Positions 26,575-41,219 of a stretch of DNA of 64,000 nt are shown piece by piece; the first letter of the stretch is position 1; each line of letters opens with the position of its first letter. The translations under genes and the position numbers were made by a program. The stretch is from Octopus vulgaris. Lineage: Eukaryota. The stretch spans positions 10,788,001 to 10,852,000 of the forward strand of contig OX597837.1 in NCBI GenBank assembly GCA_951406725.2. Direction: 5' to 3'. Below the pieces are notes generated by a model, which was not told the DNA's origin, did no database searches, and was given only the letters and a program-made list of their open reading frames with translations.

Positions 26575-27110
26575 TGTGGCGACATTCACCCTGGGCGGGT
26601 TGAGTCGGCTTCTTCTACTCATGGAAGAAGTTTTGTGGGGATATGTGGATTTCACAAGCGGTCCCTAAAAATCTCGCATGTAGAGACATCCTGTTTGCCG
26701 CAGATTGTCCACAGACGCAGGGACAGAACGGCCGAGGGGCCGCCAGTTGCCGAAGCAGACACTCCGAAGATTTTCTCCAGAGCCCCGTCTGCTGGGTTGT
26801 GGCCCTAATACCACTCGGTGCCAGACCAATCCGCTTTGGGTGGTCCTACAAGGAACCGAAGTTCCTGACGGCCGTGGGAATATGTGGATTTCACAAGCGG
26901 TCCCCAACAATCCCGCATGTGGAGACATCCTGTTTGTTGCAGATTGTCCGCAGACGCAGGGACAGAAAGACCGAGGAGCCACCAGTTGCCGAAACAGACA
27001 CTCCAAGGATTTTTCACCCGAGCCCCGCCTGCCGGGTTGCAGCCCTACCAGGAACCGAAGTTCCCAACGGCATAGCTCTGATTCTATCCATTGCCAGCGT
27101 CAAGACCCCA
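26575..27110 (-). mobile_element. GC-rich RTE-type 5'-UTR-like sequence with a tandem duplication (period about 239 bp)
   Basis: Repeat starts at about 26636 and 26875; minus strand GAGCTATGCC..GGAAC-TTCG-GTTCC-TGGTAGGGC and TGTAGGACCACCCAA resemble BovB/RTE 5' ends. Confidence 0.6.
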
Positions 27111-28696
27111 CCCCCCACGCACACACATACAGAGGCTTAGTCTTATGTATTGGTTCATGTTTCTTGTTTAACCCCCGGTTGACTCTGATTGAGCAGACCC
27201 ATAATCATAGGCAATCCAGCCTCGATGATCCTGTCTTTTTTTAAGGGAATCTGTGACTACATTGTCCTATCTACTCCTCCTTAGTTAACCCTTTAGCTTT
27301 CGGATTATCTAATACTTATTTACTCACATCCATTTTGGATTAACCATACATTATTTCATAGTTGTGAGACTTCAAAGATGTGGTTGTTTATTTTTAGAAT
27401 GATATTGTAGGGTAGGTGTGAGAGACTGGATCTGGCTGGTTTAAACATAAAGCAGAATGTTTTAGCCGAATCTGACCATTTAAAATGCTAAACTGTTGAG
27501 TCAGTTACTTAGTAAAATTCTCCAAATTCTTGATGTGTATGTGGTGTCTGACCATGGTTATTTATAACTTTTTTATAATTTTATTTTTCCTGAACAACAC
27601 TGGTAATATAGATTGCGACCAGAATTAACGAGCAACATGATTCATAGCATTGAAAATGTGACACAGTCGAGCTTGTTCATAAAATAGACGAAAACATGTT
27701 ATTTTGTCTGTTCACGTCACTCACCTCTCCGGCCGGCCGGCACCCGACTTGCCTTGGTAATCAGTTCCAAGACAGGTCCAAAACAATGCAACATGAAAAA
27801 CATTTTAAAAAAGCTTTATTAGTTTATATCTGTTTTAATGAATAGTTTCTACTTGTTTCCACATCTAATTTCATTTGGGTTTTTCCACTTAACCCTCTTG
27901 GGACACGCAGGCTGATTGTTCGGCCCAAGCGATAAAAGCTGAAAGGACTTTGAAGCCGATCCATTGGCCCGAATGGAACAAATATTGTGAATGGTTGGTT
28001 TTGAAGTATAATAGCGAATCAGAGATCATCTTTCATTAGATGTATCATCATCTTCATCGTTTAGCATCCGTTCTCCATGCTAGCATGGGTCAGACGGTTC
28101 GACCAGGGTCTGGGAAGCCAGGAGGCTGCACCAGGCTCCAGTCTGATCTGGCAGTGTTTCTATAGCTGGATGCCCTTCCTAACACCAACCACTCCATGAG
28201 TGTAGTGGGTGCTTTTTACGTGCCAGGCAAGGCTGGCAATAGCCACGATCGGTTGTTGCTTTTTATGTGGCACCGGCACAGAGGCCAGTTGGGGCGGCGC
28301 TGGCAATGGCCACGTTCGGATGGTTCTTTTATGTACCACCGGCACTGGTATCACAACTACAATTTCCATTGATTTTTGAGCAATTTCGATTCCGATTTCA
28401 CTTGCCTCAACGTGTATCTCAATAGAAAAAATATTTTGTTTTTTTTTTTTACTACACAGACCAAAACATAGTGTGTCTCAAAACGGTCAGCTCTTAGTTT
28501 TTTAGGGGGTTTTTTATGTGTTTAAATGTGTTCAGATAATTCTACAGAAGTTGAGGTTTATTTTTCTTCCATTGATTTCTGTAAAAAAACACAAATAAAC
28601 AATATAAAGTTGGAAAAGTTGTCACTCAAAGCAACTTAAGTTTCTTGTATATGGCAAAGTAATTCAGCGAATTATGCTGGTAGATGAATCTAACTT

Positions 28697-28919
28697 TAAC
28701 CCTTTTAGCATTCAGATAATTCTGTGAAATATAATGCTTATTTATTCGCATCGATTTGAATTAGTCATGCATTACCTTTGAGATAACAATGACGTAAGTG
28801 TTTATTTTTAGAATAATATTCAAGGGTAGGTGTGACAGGCTGGATCTTAGCTGGTTTGAACATGAAACCAGTACAATATTTTGGCCTGGATATGGTCAGT
28901 TTAAATGCTCAGTGGTTAA
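28697..28919. mobile_element. piggyBac-like MITE family P2 (also about 27285-27500, 41665-41771, 62541-62995)
   Basis: TTAACCCTTTTAGCATT ... AATGCT(C)A..GGTTAA termini, recurrent body. Confidence 0.7.
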
Positions 28920-29191
28920 TAGAGTGAAGTCATTAGAAAATTCAGAGCCTGTCATATGATATGGTATGGGATAGAGCAATATTGAAATGATTGTAATCTG
29001 TATTGTGTTACAGAGCTATCCGAATATGTTGATGCAGAAACTATATACCTTCAACCGGCGTGGATCTGTGGTAAGAAGCTTGCTTCACGGCCGCAAGGTT
29101 CTGTGTTCAGTCCCACTGTGTAGCACCTTCCTTGAGCTGACCAAAGCCTTGTGAGTGAATTTGGTTGATGGAAACTGAAAGAAGCCCATTG

Positions 29192-29230
<39 letters not shown>

Positions 29231-30711
29231 ACATGTATATATATGTGTTTGTATCTGCTTGTGAGTGGTGGATGGAGGGCGATATGCGGGGAATACTTGT
29301 ATATCTTAGAATAATCACAAGATCTATATATATATGGTAATATATGTCCTATGTGCTGATGTGCCTTGATTCTATTGAACCTTGTTACTAATTAATGTGC
29401 GTTTGTGTAGACACACAATTCTTTCCTTGTACCTCTATCATACTTTCACCTCCTTCGGTACTATACTCCGAGTTTCATCTGACCTGTACATTTAGAGTTG
29501 TGTATAAGCATACGTATACAGTTATTCAGAGCGGTTACTGTGGAACCTGAATTTTATAATACCAACAGGGGGAAAATACTTGATTTTGAATGAATGTACA
29601 CGTACGTACACACACACACACACACACACACAGGCGTGCACATATACCATGGGTGTAGCCGGGATTTCTATTAAGGGCGTTTCCTAATATTAAAAAAATA
29701 AGTAATACCAAATTAAAATAAATGCTAGATAATAATCGTATCTCACATACCAAAGGTTACTTTGCTGTATACCCAAAGATTTTTTAGCTATCATTTTGTT
29801 TTTTAATCAATTAAATTCATTAGGTGTATGTGTAATTGTCTGTCATTTATTATTTGATCTCTGTGTTTATTGTCGTTAAATGTCTCTCATTTATTATACC
29901 ACATCAGTGTTTATTCTTCATGGTGTGGATTTATAATGAACACAAACACTTTTAATCTATCCATTAATCCATCTTCTCTGACTATTATCCCTGGGAAGGT
30001 TGCGGGTATTGAGTGCTCAAACATCTGTGCCATAGCATCCTATAAGAAACAACTGACATTGGACTTTACTGCCGAGGCTCAATATTATTATCCAACTGTA
30101 TCATTCTTGGTTTACAACCGTGCTAGTAGGGTGCCAAGAGCACCATCCGAGCGTGATCGTTGCCAGAGCATGTAAAAGGGCACCATTCGAGCATGAACGT
30201 TGCCTTACTGGCACCTGTGCTGGTGGCATGTGTAAAAGGATTCGAGCGAGGTCGTTGCCAGTACCGCCTGAATGGCCCCTGTGTCGGTGGCACCTAAAAA
30301 GCACCCACTACACTCTCAGAGTGGTTGGCGTTAGGAAGGGCATCCAGCTGTAGAAACTCTGCTAAATCAAGATTGGAGCCTGGTGCAGCCATCTGGTTCA
30401 CCAGCCCTCAGTCAAAATCGTCCAACCCATGCTAGCATGGAAAGCAGACATTAAACGATGATGATGTTTCCTACTGGTTGGCTCAGCTTGAAGAATTCAA
30501 CTTGCAATTCTTTCATTCTGCTTACATGTTCCTAGTACCAGTTGTGGCTTCTCAATGAAGAGAAGTCGTGGCTTGGCCAGGAGAGACTCCTTGGTCTCGA
30601 GGCTACACACCTTGTTGAGTAATGTTCTTCCAGATATCCTTCAGAAGTATTCCATTCCAGCCACTTATATTTGCAATTCGTCATTATACAACATTCATGT
30701 GGGTAAAGTAA

Positions 30712-30900
30712 AGGCACATGGCTCAGTGGTTAGGGCATCAGGTTCACAATCATGAGGTAGTGAGTTCGATTCCTGGACCGGGCTGTGTGTTGTGTTCTTG
30801 AGCAAGACGCTTTATTTCACGTTGCTCTAGTTCGCTCAGCTGTAGAAATGAGTTGAGATGTCACTGGTGCCAAGCTGTATCGGTCCCTTTGCCTTTCCCT
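30712..30900 (+). mobile_element. CORE-type tRNA SINE (also about 9420-9660 minus; 12100, 53400, 62095 plus)
   Basis: TGGCTCAGTGG / GAGTTCGATTC boxes followed by GTGTTCTTGAGCAAGACRCTT...CAGCTGTAGAAATG, similar to the CORE domain. Confidence 0.75.
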
Positions 30901-31038
30901 ATATAATAGGCTTCTTCTAGTTTCAGCCTACCAAATCTACACACAAGATTTTGTTTAACCCCCAAAAAACTATAGAAGACACTTGCCACTGCTGCTGCAC
31001 CGTGGAACTGAACCCAAGACCACACTGCCATGCCAGCA

Positions 31039-31091
<53 letters not shown>

Positions 31092-34000
31092 AAGAGAGGC
31101 AGAGAGAGAAATGGAAATAGAATTCAAATGTGTGTTAATTTTTGTTGCTTAAAATCTGTTTTGAAAGATTCCTAAGCTTAATACACAAGTCTATAAAAAA
31201 AGGGGTGGAAAAAATCTAATTTCTAACATCACCTGAGCAAATGTTAGCATGTTAACACCTGAACTGTATGTTTGGCTATAAGAAAATTATGTCACAAATA
31301 TTGATTATTTTTGTTAATGAAGTCTTGAAATGATATCTCAATGTTTTGCATTCCATGCTTTATTTTCCTGCTGTTGATTTCATGGTAAATGTATGTTGTT
31401 AGGGAATACCCATTCATAGAAATTTTAATATCTGAGCTGATGTTTCCCTATGTGGCCACTTAACCTGCTACAAATAGCAATACTAGTCTCCTTTAACCCT
31501 TTTGCGACCCTATTTCCAATGAAATTCATTATCCCTCGAAAATAATTGAAGTTTTTTTCATTATCATTATTATTATTATTATTAAAAGGGGTGAGCTGGT
31601 AGAATGGTTAGCATGTCTGATAAAATGCTTAGTGGTATTTTCTCTGACACGTTACATTCCGAGTTCAAATCCCACCCTGATCAACTTTACCTTTCTTTCT
31701 TCTGGGGTAAATAAAATAAAGCAACAAAATTTGTAACCATAATTATTAAGAGGGGGCTGTTGATTAATTAGTATTGTAAGCGTATTCGACTTGATGAATG
31801 TTATGTGGTATTTTTGCTGCTTCTTAGGTTCTGAGTTCAAATCTTGGTTGGGTCAGTTTTTGTTTCTATCGTTTTAGGGTTGATAAATAAGTACCAGTCA
31901 AGTACTGGGGGTCAGTGTTATCAACTAACCCGCTCCCCTCAAAATTGCTATGTGCCTTAATTAGAATTAATTATTAAGTAGTGGTGGAATGGCAGTCATG
32001 AAGTGTTCAGTAAAAATGCCTTGTGGTGTTTCTTCCTGCTGTTTGTGTGCTGAGTTTACATTCTGCCTTGGTTAACTTTGCCTTTCATCTCCCCGGGACC
32101 GATAGAATAAAGAATTCACCCTTTTGATACCAACCCACCTCTGGCTCTGTAGCACAGATGTCTTGTTTTCAAAAGTTCTGAATTAAAATCTTCCACCAAA
32201 ACTTAGCCACAGTTTATGTTCCTAACACTAGCTTAATGATAACTAAGTTATTTTACTAAATTCTGTGTTATATTTAAAATGAATTGAAAGAAAAATTAGG
32301 GTTGATAAATTCATTGAATGTTAGAAAACCATTTTTGCAAAGTTTAAACTCTACATCTTTTTTGTGCTCATACAGCTTCCTACCCAAACAGTTCCCCGTA
32401 GTTGGCACATTTAATTATTTCCTGAGTGTTTTTTCCACTGAAACAAAGTATGTTTTCTGTTATATTTGAATATAATCAAAGATTCGGAAGGATTTAGTAA
32501 AAAAAATGACTAATTTTGTCATGATTAAACTTCTGTTTGCCATATAATAGGAATTGTGATGGAAAGTTTTGTTTTCAGTCTGAAAGCTTTAAACAGAAAC
32601 AGTTTTGTATTGTGAAACTAGAGGTGGACTTAAGGCAGATTGGTGTGGAAAAAGGGCTAAAGTACTTAGCATTTCAATATGATGTCATTTACTTAAACCT
32701 TTCTTGACCAAATTTCTAATGAAATCTTTCTTTGTCGTTGTATTTAAATTGATTTTTGGAAATAATTAGGATCTTGGAAAAGTTTGCTTAATTAACTTTT
32801 TCATTAATGGCGTTGGTGGTTTAGAATATAATTTAACCAAAAGTTCTCATGTTATATTTTGTAATGTGGAACCAGGAGAGATTCTTAAGATTGCTGGTAT
32901 GAAACGGGCAATCAGTATTCAGTATTCCATGCCCTTCTTTTTGATGGGTGGGGTCCAAATAATTTCTCGTCTCACATAACCCACCCATTCTCGACAATTT
33001 TAACAAAGTTGGTATTGTTTTAGGGCGGCGAGCTGGCAGAAACGTTGGCACGCCGGGCGAAATGCGTAGCCGTATTTCGTCTGCCGTTACGTTCTGAGCT
33101 CAAATTCCTCCGAGGTCGACTTTGCCTTTCATCCTTTCGGGGTCGATAAATTAAGTACCAGTTAAGCACTGGGGTCGATGTAATCGACTTAATACCTATG
33201 TATGTCCTTGTTTGTCCCTTCTATGTTTAAGCCCCTTGTGGACAATAAAGAAATAGGTATTTCGTCTGCCGTTAGGTTCTGAGCTCAGATTCCTCCAAGG
33301 TCGACTTTGCCTTTCATCCTTTCGGGGTCGATAAATTAAGAACCAGTTACGCACTGGGGTCGATGTAATCGACTTGTCTGCCCTTGTTTGTCCCCTCTGT
33401 GTTTAGCCCCTTGTGGGTAGTAAAGAAATAGGTATGAAATGGGCAATCGGTATTCAGTACTCCATGCCCTTTTCTTTGGGGTGGGGTCCAAATAATCTCC
33501 CATCTCACATAACCCACCCATTCTCGACAGTTTTAACAAAGTTGGTATTGTTTTTACTTCCATTGCATGTCCAAGCCATCGTAGTTGCCTTTCAAATTTT
33601 AGAAATCAATGGTTCTAATTGACGTACTGCCGTTTTTTTCAGTTTCCTGCTTCAATCTCATTACTCCCGGCGATCAAAGCTCAACTCAGTCATTTCCTGT
33701 CAATATGGTATATGTATTTCCGTTTGCCGTGTTTCATGGTTGTATCCAGCATGTTTTAAGTGTGTTGTGTTATTGATACTCCTAGAGACAGTCTCTCTAC
33801 TCCTTCGGCACTTTACTTCCGACGCTCATTTCTGTGTCCTAAAAGCTATCTCCCTCTCGCTATCTCTCTCTCTCTCTCTCTCTATTTTATTTTAGTTTAT
33901 TTTATTTTATATCCTCTGGTGAACAGTAACATCTTTGGTTGTGGGTTTTTTAACAAGCCAGTCATTGGTTCACAGTTTAATTAACGAGGGAGCATTTGTG

Positions 34001-35859
34001 TAACTTGGGCAGAACAAACACCACAAGCAGTTTTACTTCGAAAGCACTGGTTTCCCAGTTTCTTGCTTATGTTTACATCTTTCGCCACTGCATATTACTA
34101 AAACACACATGCACACACACCTGGCACAAAGCTACCTCTTCCAATGCTGTGTCACTTCTCTGTCGAAAGGGTTTCGTTTTATGAGTTCCTTGACAACCTC
34201 GCTATTACAGATGCCATGCGTAAAAGCACCCACTATTTTCTAAACTGGTTGGCATTAAGAACATCCAGGTGTCGAAATCTCGTCAAAGTGGACACTGGAA
34301 GTCAACACAGAGCCCTTATGCTGGTCAGACCTTATTGGACTGTCCAGCGCATGCTGGCATGGAACAGACCTTAAACAAAGATGCTGACCTAATGGGTTTC
34401 CATTGAGTTTCTATCCACAAAACTGTCTCTGAAAGGACGTTGGTCAGCCTGAGGCTGTGGTAGAAGACACTTGCCCAAAATACCATCATGTAGTGGGATT
34501 GAACCCACACTTGCAGTTTACCACCTAACCTCATTAATATCTTTCAATGGTTTCTTACCTGCCTTTCAACTGTTTCTTGACTTATATATTAGTAATACAA
34601 AAGAGGTGAGAGCAAATGAAAGCGGGAGGTTTATATGGCTCTGGTGCTACTAATATTAAATCTCTCTTTTTCCTTTCTATCACTCTCACTGCCATTAAAT
34701 ATTGGCTTTCTAAATAGAATTTTATTTATATATATATATATATACACACACATGCACGCGCGCATACACATTCAACATATGTCTCTTGAGTTTCTGTCCA
34801 TCCACTCACAAGGCTTTGGTTAGCTCAGGGCTATACTAGAAGATTCTTGCTCAAAGTGCCACACAGTGGAACCGTACCCAGAACCATGTGTTTGGGAAGC
34901 AGAATTCTTACCACACAACCATCCCTGTCCCTATATATACACACATATATATATAAAAGATAAATTCAACTGTAGTTCAACTCTAGAAAGTGAACAAATG
35001 TGAATACAGCTTATTATTGTGTTTGCAAATAGAGAAATAAGGAGATTGCCCTGACATTTCATGGCTGGTTGACCACTTTTCAGATGTCCAATCTCTCCCA
35101 CATGCCTTTCTGCCTACAAAGAGAACTTCTTAGTAATTGCTGTTTGTTGGTTAAGTCTGGGTAATTAAGAGCAGCACACGAGGCCTTATTTTCTGAACCC
35201 ATCCCTAATACATCTGGGAGTGAGTGGGGTAAAACCCCTTAACTCCTGAGTTCTAACTGTAGAGAATAGTGTTATGAAGATATTGAATTCCCTTCAAATT
35301 GAAGTTCTACCTCAAATCTTTGTATCGGGGTGGACTCCGCTAAAGCTAACCAAGAACTGGGTAGTTGTTGAAATCTACCACCCCAACAGCACATACATAG
35401 CTATCTGATAAGCTTCTGTTTAATTTCTGCCTACCCAGTCTCACTCACAAAGATTAGGTCAACCCACTGCCTTTGGTAGGAGATAATTGCCCAAGGTATC
35501 GTCTAATGGTTGTGGTTCTCGACCATTTTCTACCTATGGACCCCTTTCGTCTGTCTTGTCTTGTAATGACATTCACCCAGGAGGGATTAAGCCAACTCCT
35601 ACTGAGTTCACTGTATTATGGTTCAAAGTGGCCCATGCACATCTGCCTGCAGCATGTTGAAGCCATTCCTGGTTCCTGTAACGGACACCAGCTGTCCAAG
35701 AATTTGGACCTGGAGATTTCCATTTCCAGTGACTTTCGAGGACCTCCTCCCAGTGGCGTCGGGCGTCAACGAAGAGCCCTCGACTACAACAAGACGACCA
35801 AAGTTTTTTTTTTCCAAGGTCTGGTGTCTCCCACCCCTAAATCCTAGACCATCACCTAA

Positions 35860-36050
35860 TCACCGTTATCCGTCTTGTTGCTTAATAACAACTGTAACAA
35901 ACACCAAAGACTTGAGGGCCAGAAACGGGCTCCATATCTGCTTTGACTGTCTTGAGCCATGTCTTTAGCTGACCACATCTCTGCTTGCGCCGACCTGAGG
36001 GAGGATCAGGTGCTATGGCCTTTCGCTCCTCTTTTACTCTACTAGACCTC
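35860..36050 (-). mobile_element. RTE LINE C-terminal fragment
   Basis: ORF track 35882..36214 contains PPSGRRKQRCGQLKTWLKTVKADMEPVSGPQVFG, an RTE-type end motif. Confidence 0.65.
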
Positions 36051-36904
36051 CATAACCATTCAATGAATATATTTAATAAAAATCCTACTGTATTTTTATA
36101 ATTAAATATTATTAGGAATTGTATTAGAAGATTAAAATATTTTGTGCATTGTAGTAATAGTAGTAGTACTAGTAGTAGAAGTAGTAGTAGCAGTACAAGC
36201 AATTTATTGCACATAGATTTTTTTAAAAATCTTATACAAGGCCCCGGGATCCATATGGACCCCAGTTGAAAACATTATCATCATCGTTTAGCGTCTGCTT
36301 TCCATGCTGGCATGGGTTGGACGGTGCAACTGGGGTCTGAGAAGCTAGAGGCTGCACCAAGCCCAGTCTGATCTGGCAATGTTTCTACGGCTGGATGCCC
36401 TTCCTAACGCCAACCACTCCATGAGTGTAGTGGGTGCTTTTTACGTGCCACCGGCACAGGTGCCAGACGAGGCTGGCAAACGGCCACGGTCGGATGGTGC
36501 TTTTTACTTGCCACCGGCACAGGTGCCAGGCGAGGCTGGCAAATGGCCACGGGTGTTCGGGGCTAATGTTTCCTATTTCATGGTTTAACCACACAGCCAG
36601 GCTTATGTCTACAGATGGCTGCTGTTGTATTATAAGAGATAATAACTGTAATTTGATTGGTTTAATCTTTAATTAAAACTCGGTGTAGATGTAAATATTA
36701 AAAACCCGTCTCATTCGTCTAACGATGAGGTTAAAAATTATAATCTTATTAACGACTCATTGCAGACTTTTAATCAGCCGTGCTATTCACTTGCAGCTAA
36801 TTGTGCCCGCGAGGATAAAAAAAAATTGTGCTTTTTGTGTGAATTGAGATGTTAATAACTAAATGCATTTTATTTGTTATGAAATCTGTCCAGTAGCAAA
36901 ACAA

Positions 36905-37080
36905 CATGTGTGTGTATATATGTGGGTGTGTGTGTGTGTATATGTATATATATGTGTGTGTATGTGTATATGTGTGTGTGTGTATATATGTATATATATG
37001 TGTGTGTGTATATATATATGTATATATATGTGTGTGTGTGTTAGTATATATAAATGTATGTATGAATATGTCTGTGTATC

Positions 37081-37128
<48 letters not shown>

Positions 37129-37140
37129 TATATATACATA

Positions 37141-37203
<63 letters not shown>

Positions 37204-37230
37204 TTATATATATGTATATACACACACATG
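36905..37230. repeat. TG/TA microsatellite block
   Basis: Read directly. Confidence 0.95.
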
Positions 37231-37885
37231 CTGTTTTTCTGTCTAGTTATAATAAAAAACAATTTGGCATTAGACTGAAGTACTCAGTACTTTTTTTTTT
37301 TTTTTCTGTGGAGTACCTGTTTATTAAACTTTTACGAAAAGGTGGTCGACAGTGATTTCGGAGTCGTTGGCACCTCCACCGCACACCTTGTAAAAGTTCA
37401 ATAAATATATGTGTGTGTGTGTCTGTCTGTGTCGGGTTGCGTTTGTGTCTGACTTTTTGATTCCTACGCTTTGCAAATTTGACATTCCCCACATTTCACA
37501 TAATTTGCCATTTTCAAAGAATGTACAGCTGCTTCAAGTTAGGCTTATTTATAGTTAAGATAAACAGTTTGCTCCTGCACAATCAACGCAAAATGTATGT
37601 ATGTGCGTGTGTCAGTGTGTCCTCACGCAAACTTAACATGTCTCTGCAATTAACTCGATATTCCATTTTCTGCTTTTATGCGACTGTTCTGAAAATATTA
37701 CGTTTTTGGCTTAGATTACATTATATTGCAGATTGGGTGGCATTTTTGTTTATCTGCATTTTTCTTGTTGTTTTTTTTTATGTATACTCTTTACTTGTTT
37801 CAGTCATTTGACTGCGGCCATACTGGAGCACCACCTTTAGTCGAGCAAATCGACCCAAGGACTTATTCTTTGTAAGCCTAGTACT

Positions 37886-38365
37886 TAAGTTAAGTTAAGT
37901 TAATTTTTTGGCTCACTGCTAGGCTGTGAAGTTAAGTTAAGTTAATTTTTTGACTCAAAAAGCAAAAAGCAAGGCCATGTAGGGGGACATGGAGTTATGT
38001 ACAGGGTGGTGTTCATGCAAAGAGTTCAGGCCATTTCTGGTCAAGAGAGAGACTTTGAACCGAGCGGTCATCGGCATCTTCACTATCTCGTCCGGCAGTT
38101 TATTCCACGGATCCGCAACCCAGACGGAGAAAGCCCCTCTCCTTCGATTGAGATGAAATTGTCGCAGATAGCTTTTCGGAGTGACCCCGCAGCCGACGCT
38201 CTGGAGCAGGAGTGAAGAACAGCTCCTTCGAGAGGTTACACTTTCCGCTTATGATGTTGTGAGCGAGAATGAGATCACCACAGTTCTATCGGTCTCTGCA
38301 ATGCAACTGATCCAACTACTAGATCGTCATTTTGATAGCAGACTACCATTGCAGGCTGTATCGTG
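37886..38365 (-). mobile_element. CR1-clade LINE 3' end
   Basis: Reverse complement of the 58.6-59.0 kb copy; (AACTT)n tail. Confidence 0.85.
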
Positions 38366-38732
38366 AGAAGTTTACTTCCTAACCACATGGCTTTGGGTTC
38401 AGTTCCACTGTGTGGCACATTGAACAAGTGTCTCTTCTATAACAATGGACTGACCAAAGCCTTGCCAGTGGATTTGGTGGATGGAAACTGAAAGAAGCCT
38501 GTTGTGTGTATTACTGTCTCTCTGTCTCTCTCTTTACTCTTTTACTTGTTTCAGTCGTTTGACTGCGGTCATGCTGGAGCACCACCTTTAATCGAGCAAC
38601 TCGACCCCGGGACTTATTCTTTGTAAGCCCAGTACTTATTCTATCGGTCTCTTTTGCTGAACCGCTAATTGACGGTGACATAAACACACCAGCATTGGTT
38701 GTCAAGCAATGCTAGGGGGACAAACACACACG

Positions 38733-38804
<72 letters not shown>

Positions 38805-41008
38805 CGACGGGCTTCTTTCAGTTTCCGTCTACCAAATCTACTCGCAAGGCTTTGGTCAGCCCGAGGCTATAGTAGAAGACACTTGCCCAGGGTGCCACGC
38901 AGTCTCTTTGTCAATTAGTGTCACAGTCCTACAAGCGGTGCCCTTCATTTTGTTTCCAATCTTCTATGAAAACATCGGGAAATATTACTTTATTTGGAAA
39001 CAGGTGAGGGTTGCTGACAGGAAAGGCATCCAGCTTTAGAAAATCTGCCTCAGCAAATTCCGTCTGACTCATACAAACATAGAAAAGCGGACACTAAAAT
39101 GACGATATAGTGTTTGCGTGCGAGTGTAGTGTATGTGTGTATGTGTAAATTACTTTGTACATATACAATTTCACTGTTTGTATATTTATAGAACACTCAT
39201 GTATTTGATGTGTATATGCATATTTGAAGTATATCATTTTACTTCAGAGCCTGCTTTCAAGGACTCTGCACATTAAACACATCTTTCACCTTAACCGTCT
39301 TAGCCCCAGCCGTATTCTTCATGTTAGTAGCGCTAATGCTTGTTGATATAAATATCAGTCACCGTGCCCTTTCTCGTCTTTCTTGTGACATCTGAACAAT
39401 CAGGCTTTTGTAATTGGAGAGTCTGGCTGTGATAAATGGCTGGTGTGCATTATTGATTCAGAACTTAACTGGCATTTGTTTTACAACTGGGTCTGGACTT
39501 AGATTCTGCATTTATAATCATCTGAAATCCTATGTTGACCTAAAAGTAAGCATATATATATGAGAGAAAGAGAAAGATGGATATAGATATAGAGATTATA
39601 TATACATATGTTTATTTATGTGTGTGTGTGTTCTTTTAAAATTTTCCCTTACTGGCATGGTAGTTTACATGAAGATTTATTTGAGGTAGAATTTCGCAAC
39701 TAAATGTCATACCTGTTCCAACCCTGCTTGTTTTTCCGAGTAAGCTTTTTTTTCTTTCTTTCTTTGTCCTATTGGCCTCGGAAAGGGCAGAGCAACAGAA
39801 TGTATCATCTACTGGGAATGTAAACATGACATCCCCATACATTGTTTTTTGCTCAGACTGTGAGAAATGATGGTACAAAATGACAATAGTCACTCACAGA
39901 CACACATACTCTTTACTCTTTTACTTTTTTCAGTCATTTGACTGTGGCCATGCTGGAGCACCACCTTTTAGTCGAGCAAATCGACCCCAGGACTTATTCT
40001 TTGTAAGCCTAGTACTTACTCTATCAGTATCTTTTGCCGAACCGCTAAGTTATGGGGATGTAAACACACCAGCATTGGTTGTCAAACGATGTTGGGGGGA
40101 CAAACACATACACATACATATATATATATACATATATACGATGGGCTTCTTTCAGTTTCCGTCTTACCAAATCCACTCACAAGGCTTTGGTCGGCCCGAG
40201 GCTATAGTAGAAGACACTTGCCCAAGGTGCCACGCAGTGGGACTGAACCCAGAACCATGTGGTTGGTAAGCAAGCTACTTACCACACAGCCACTCCTACA
40301 TACACACTTATCCATATATACTTGTATGTGTGTATACATAATTATATCGTCTGCATCATTGTTTTAATGCCGTCTTTTCCATGCTCACACGAGTCAGATG
40401 GAACTCGGTGAGATGGATTTTCTACGGCTGGATGCCTTTCCTGTTGCCAACCTTCGCCTGTTTCCAAGCAAGGTAACATTTCCCTGTGGCTAGACATGTT
40501 TTCACAGAACATTGGAAATGATTGAAACTGCTCCTATGATAATAACACTCGTTTACTATTGTCATGAATATCAAGACAAGGAGACAAGCACTTGCGCACA
40601 TGTATACACACACATTTCTATAGATAGACATGTACGACGGGTTTCTTTCAATTTCCATCTACCAAATCCACTCAAAAAGCTCTTTGGTCTGCCTAGCGCT
40701 ATACGAGAAGACGTTTGCCCAAGGTATCATGCAGTGGGACTGAACCTGAAACCCATATGGTTGGGAAGCCAACTTATACACATAGCCATACCTACATACT
40801 TGTATATATTTTACTCTTTTACTTATTTCAGTCATTTGACTGTGGCCATGCTGAAGCACCGCCTTTAGTCAAGCATATCGACCTCGTGACTTACTCTTTG
40901 TAGGCCTAGTACTTATTCTATCGGTCTCTTTTGCCAAGTTACAGGGATGTAAACACACCAGCATAGGTTGTCAAGTGATGTTGGGGGGACAAACAGAGAC
41001 ACACCAAC

Positions 41009-41043
<35 letters not shown>

Positions 41044-41219
41044 CACGACACGCTTCTTTCAGTTTCCGTCTACCAAATCCACTCACAAGGCTTTGGTTGG
41101 CCTGAGGCTATAGTAGAAGACACTTGCCCAAGGTGCCACGCAGTGGGACTGAACCTGGAACCATGTGGTTGGGAAGCAAGCTTCTTATCACACAGCCACT
41201 GTAATATATATATATATAT

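Noticed and set aside
35220-35260. UAACUCC twister-like seed
   Set aside because: No GGUCCCAAGC-type loop or pseudoknot partners nearby.
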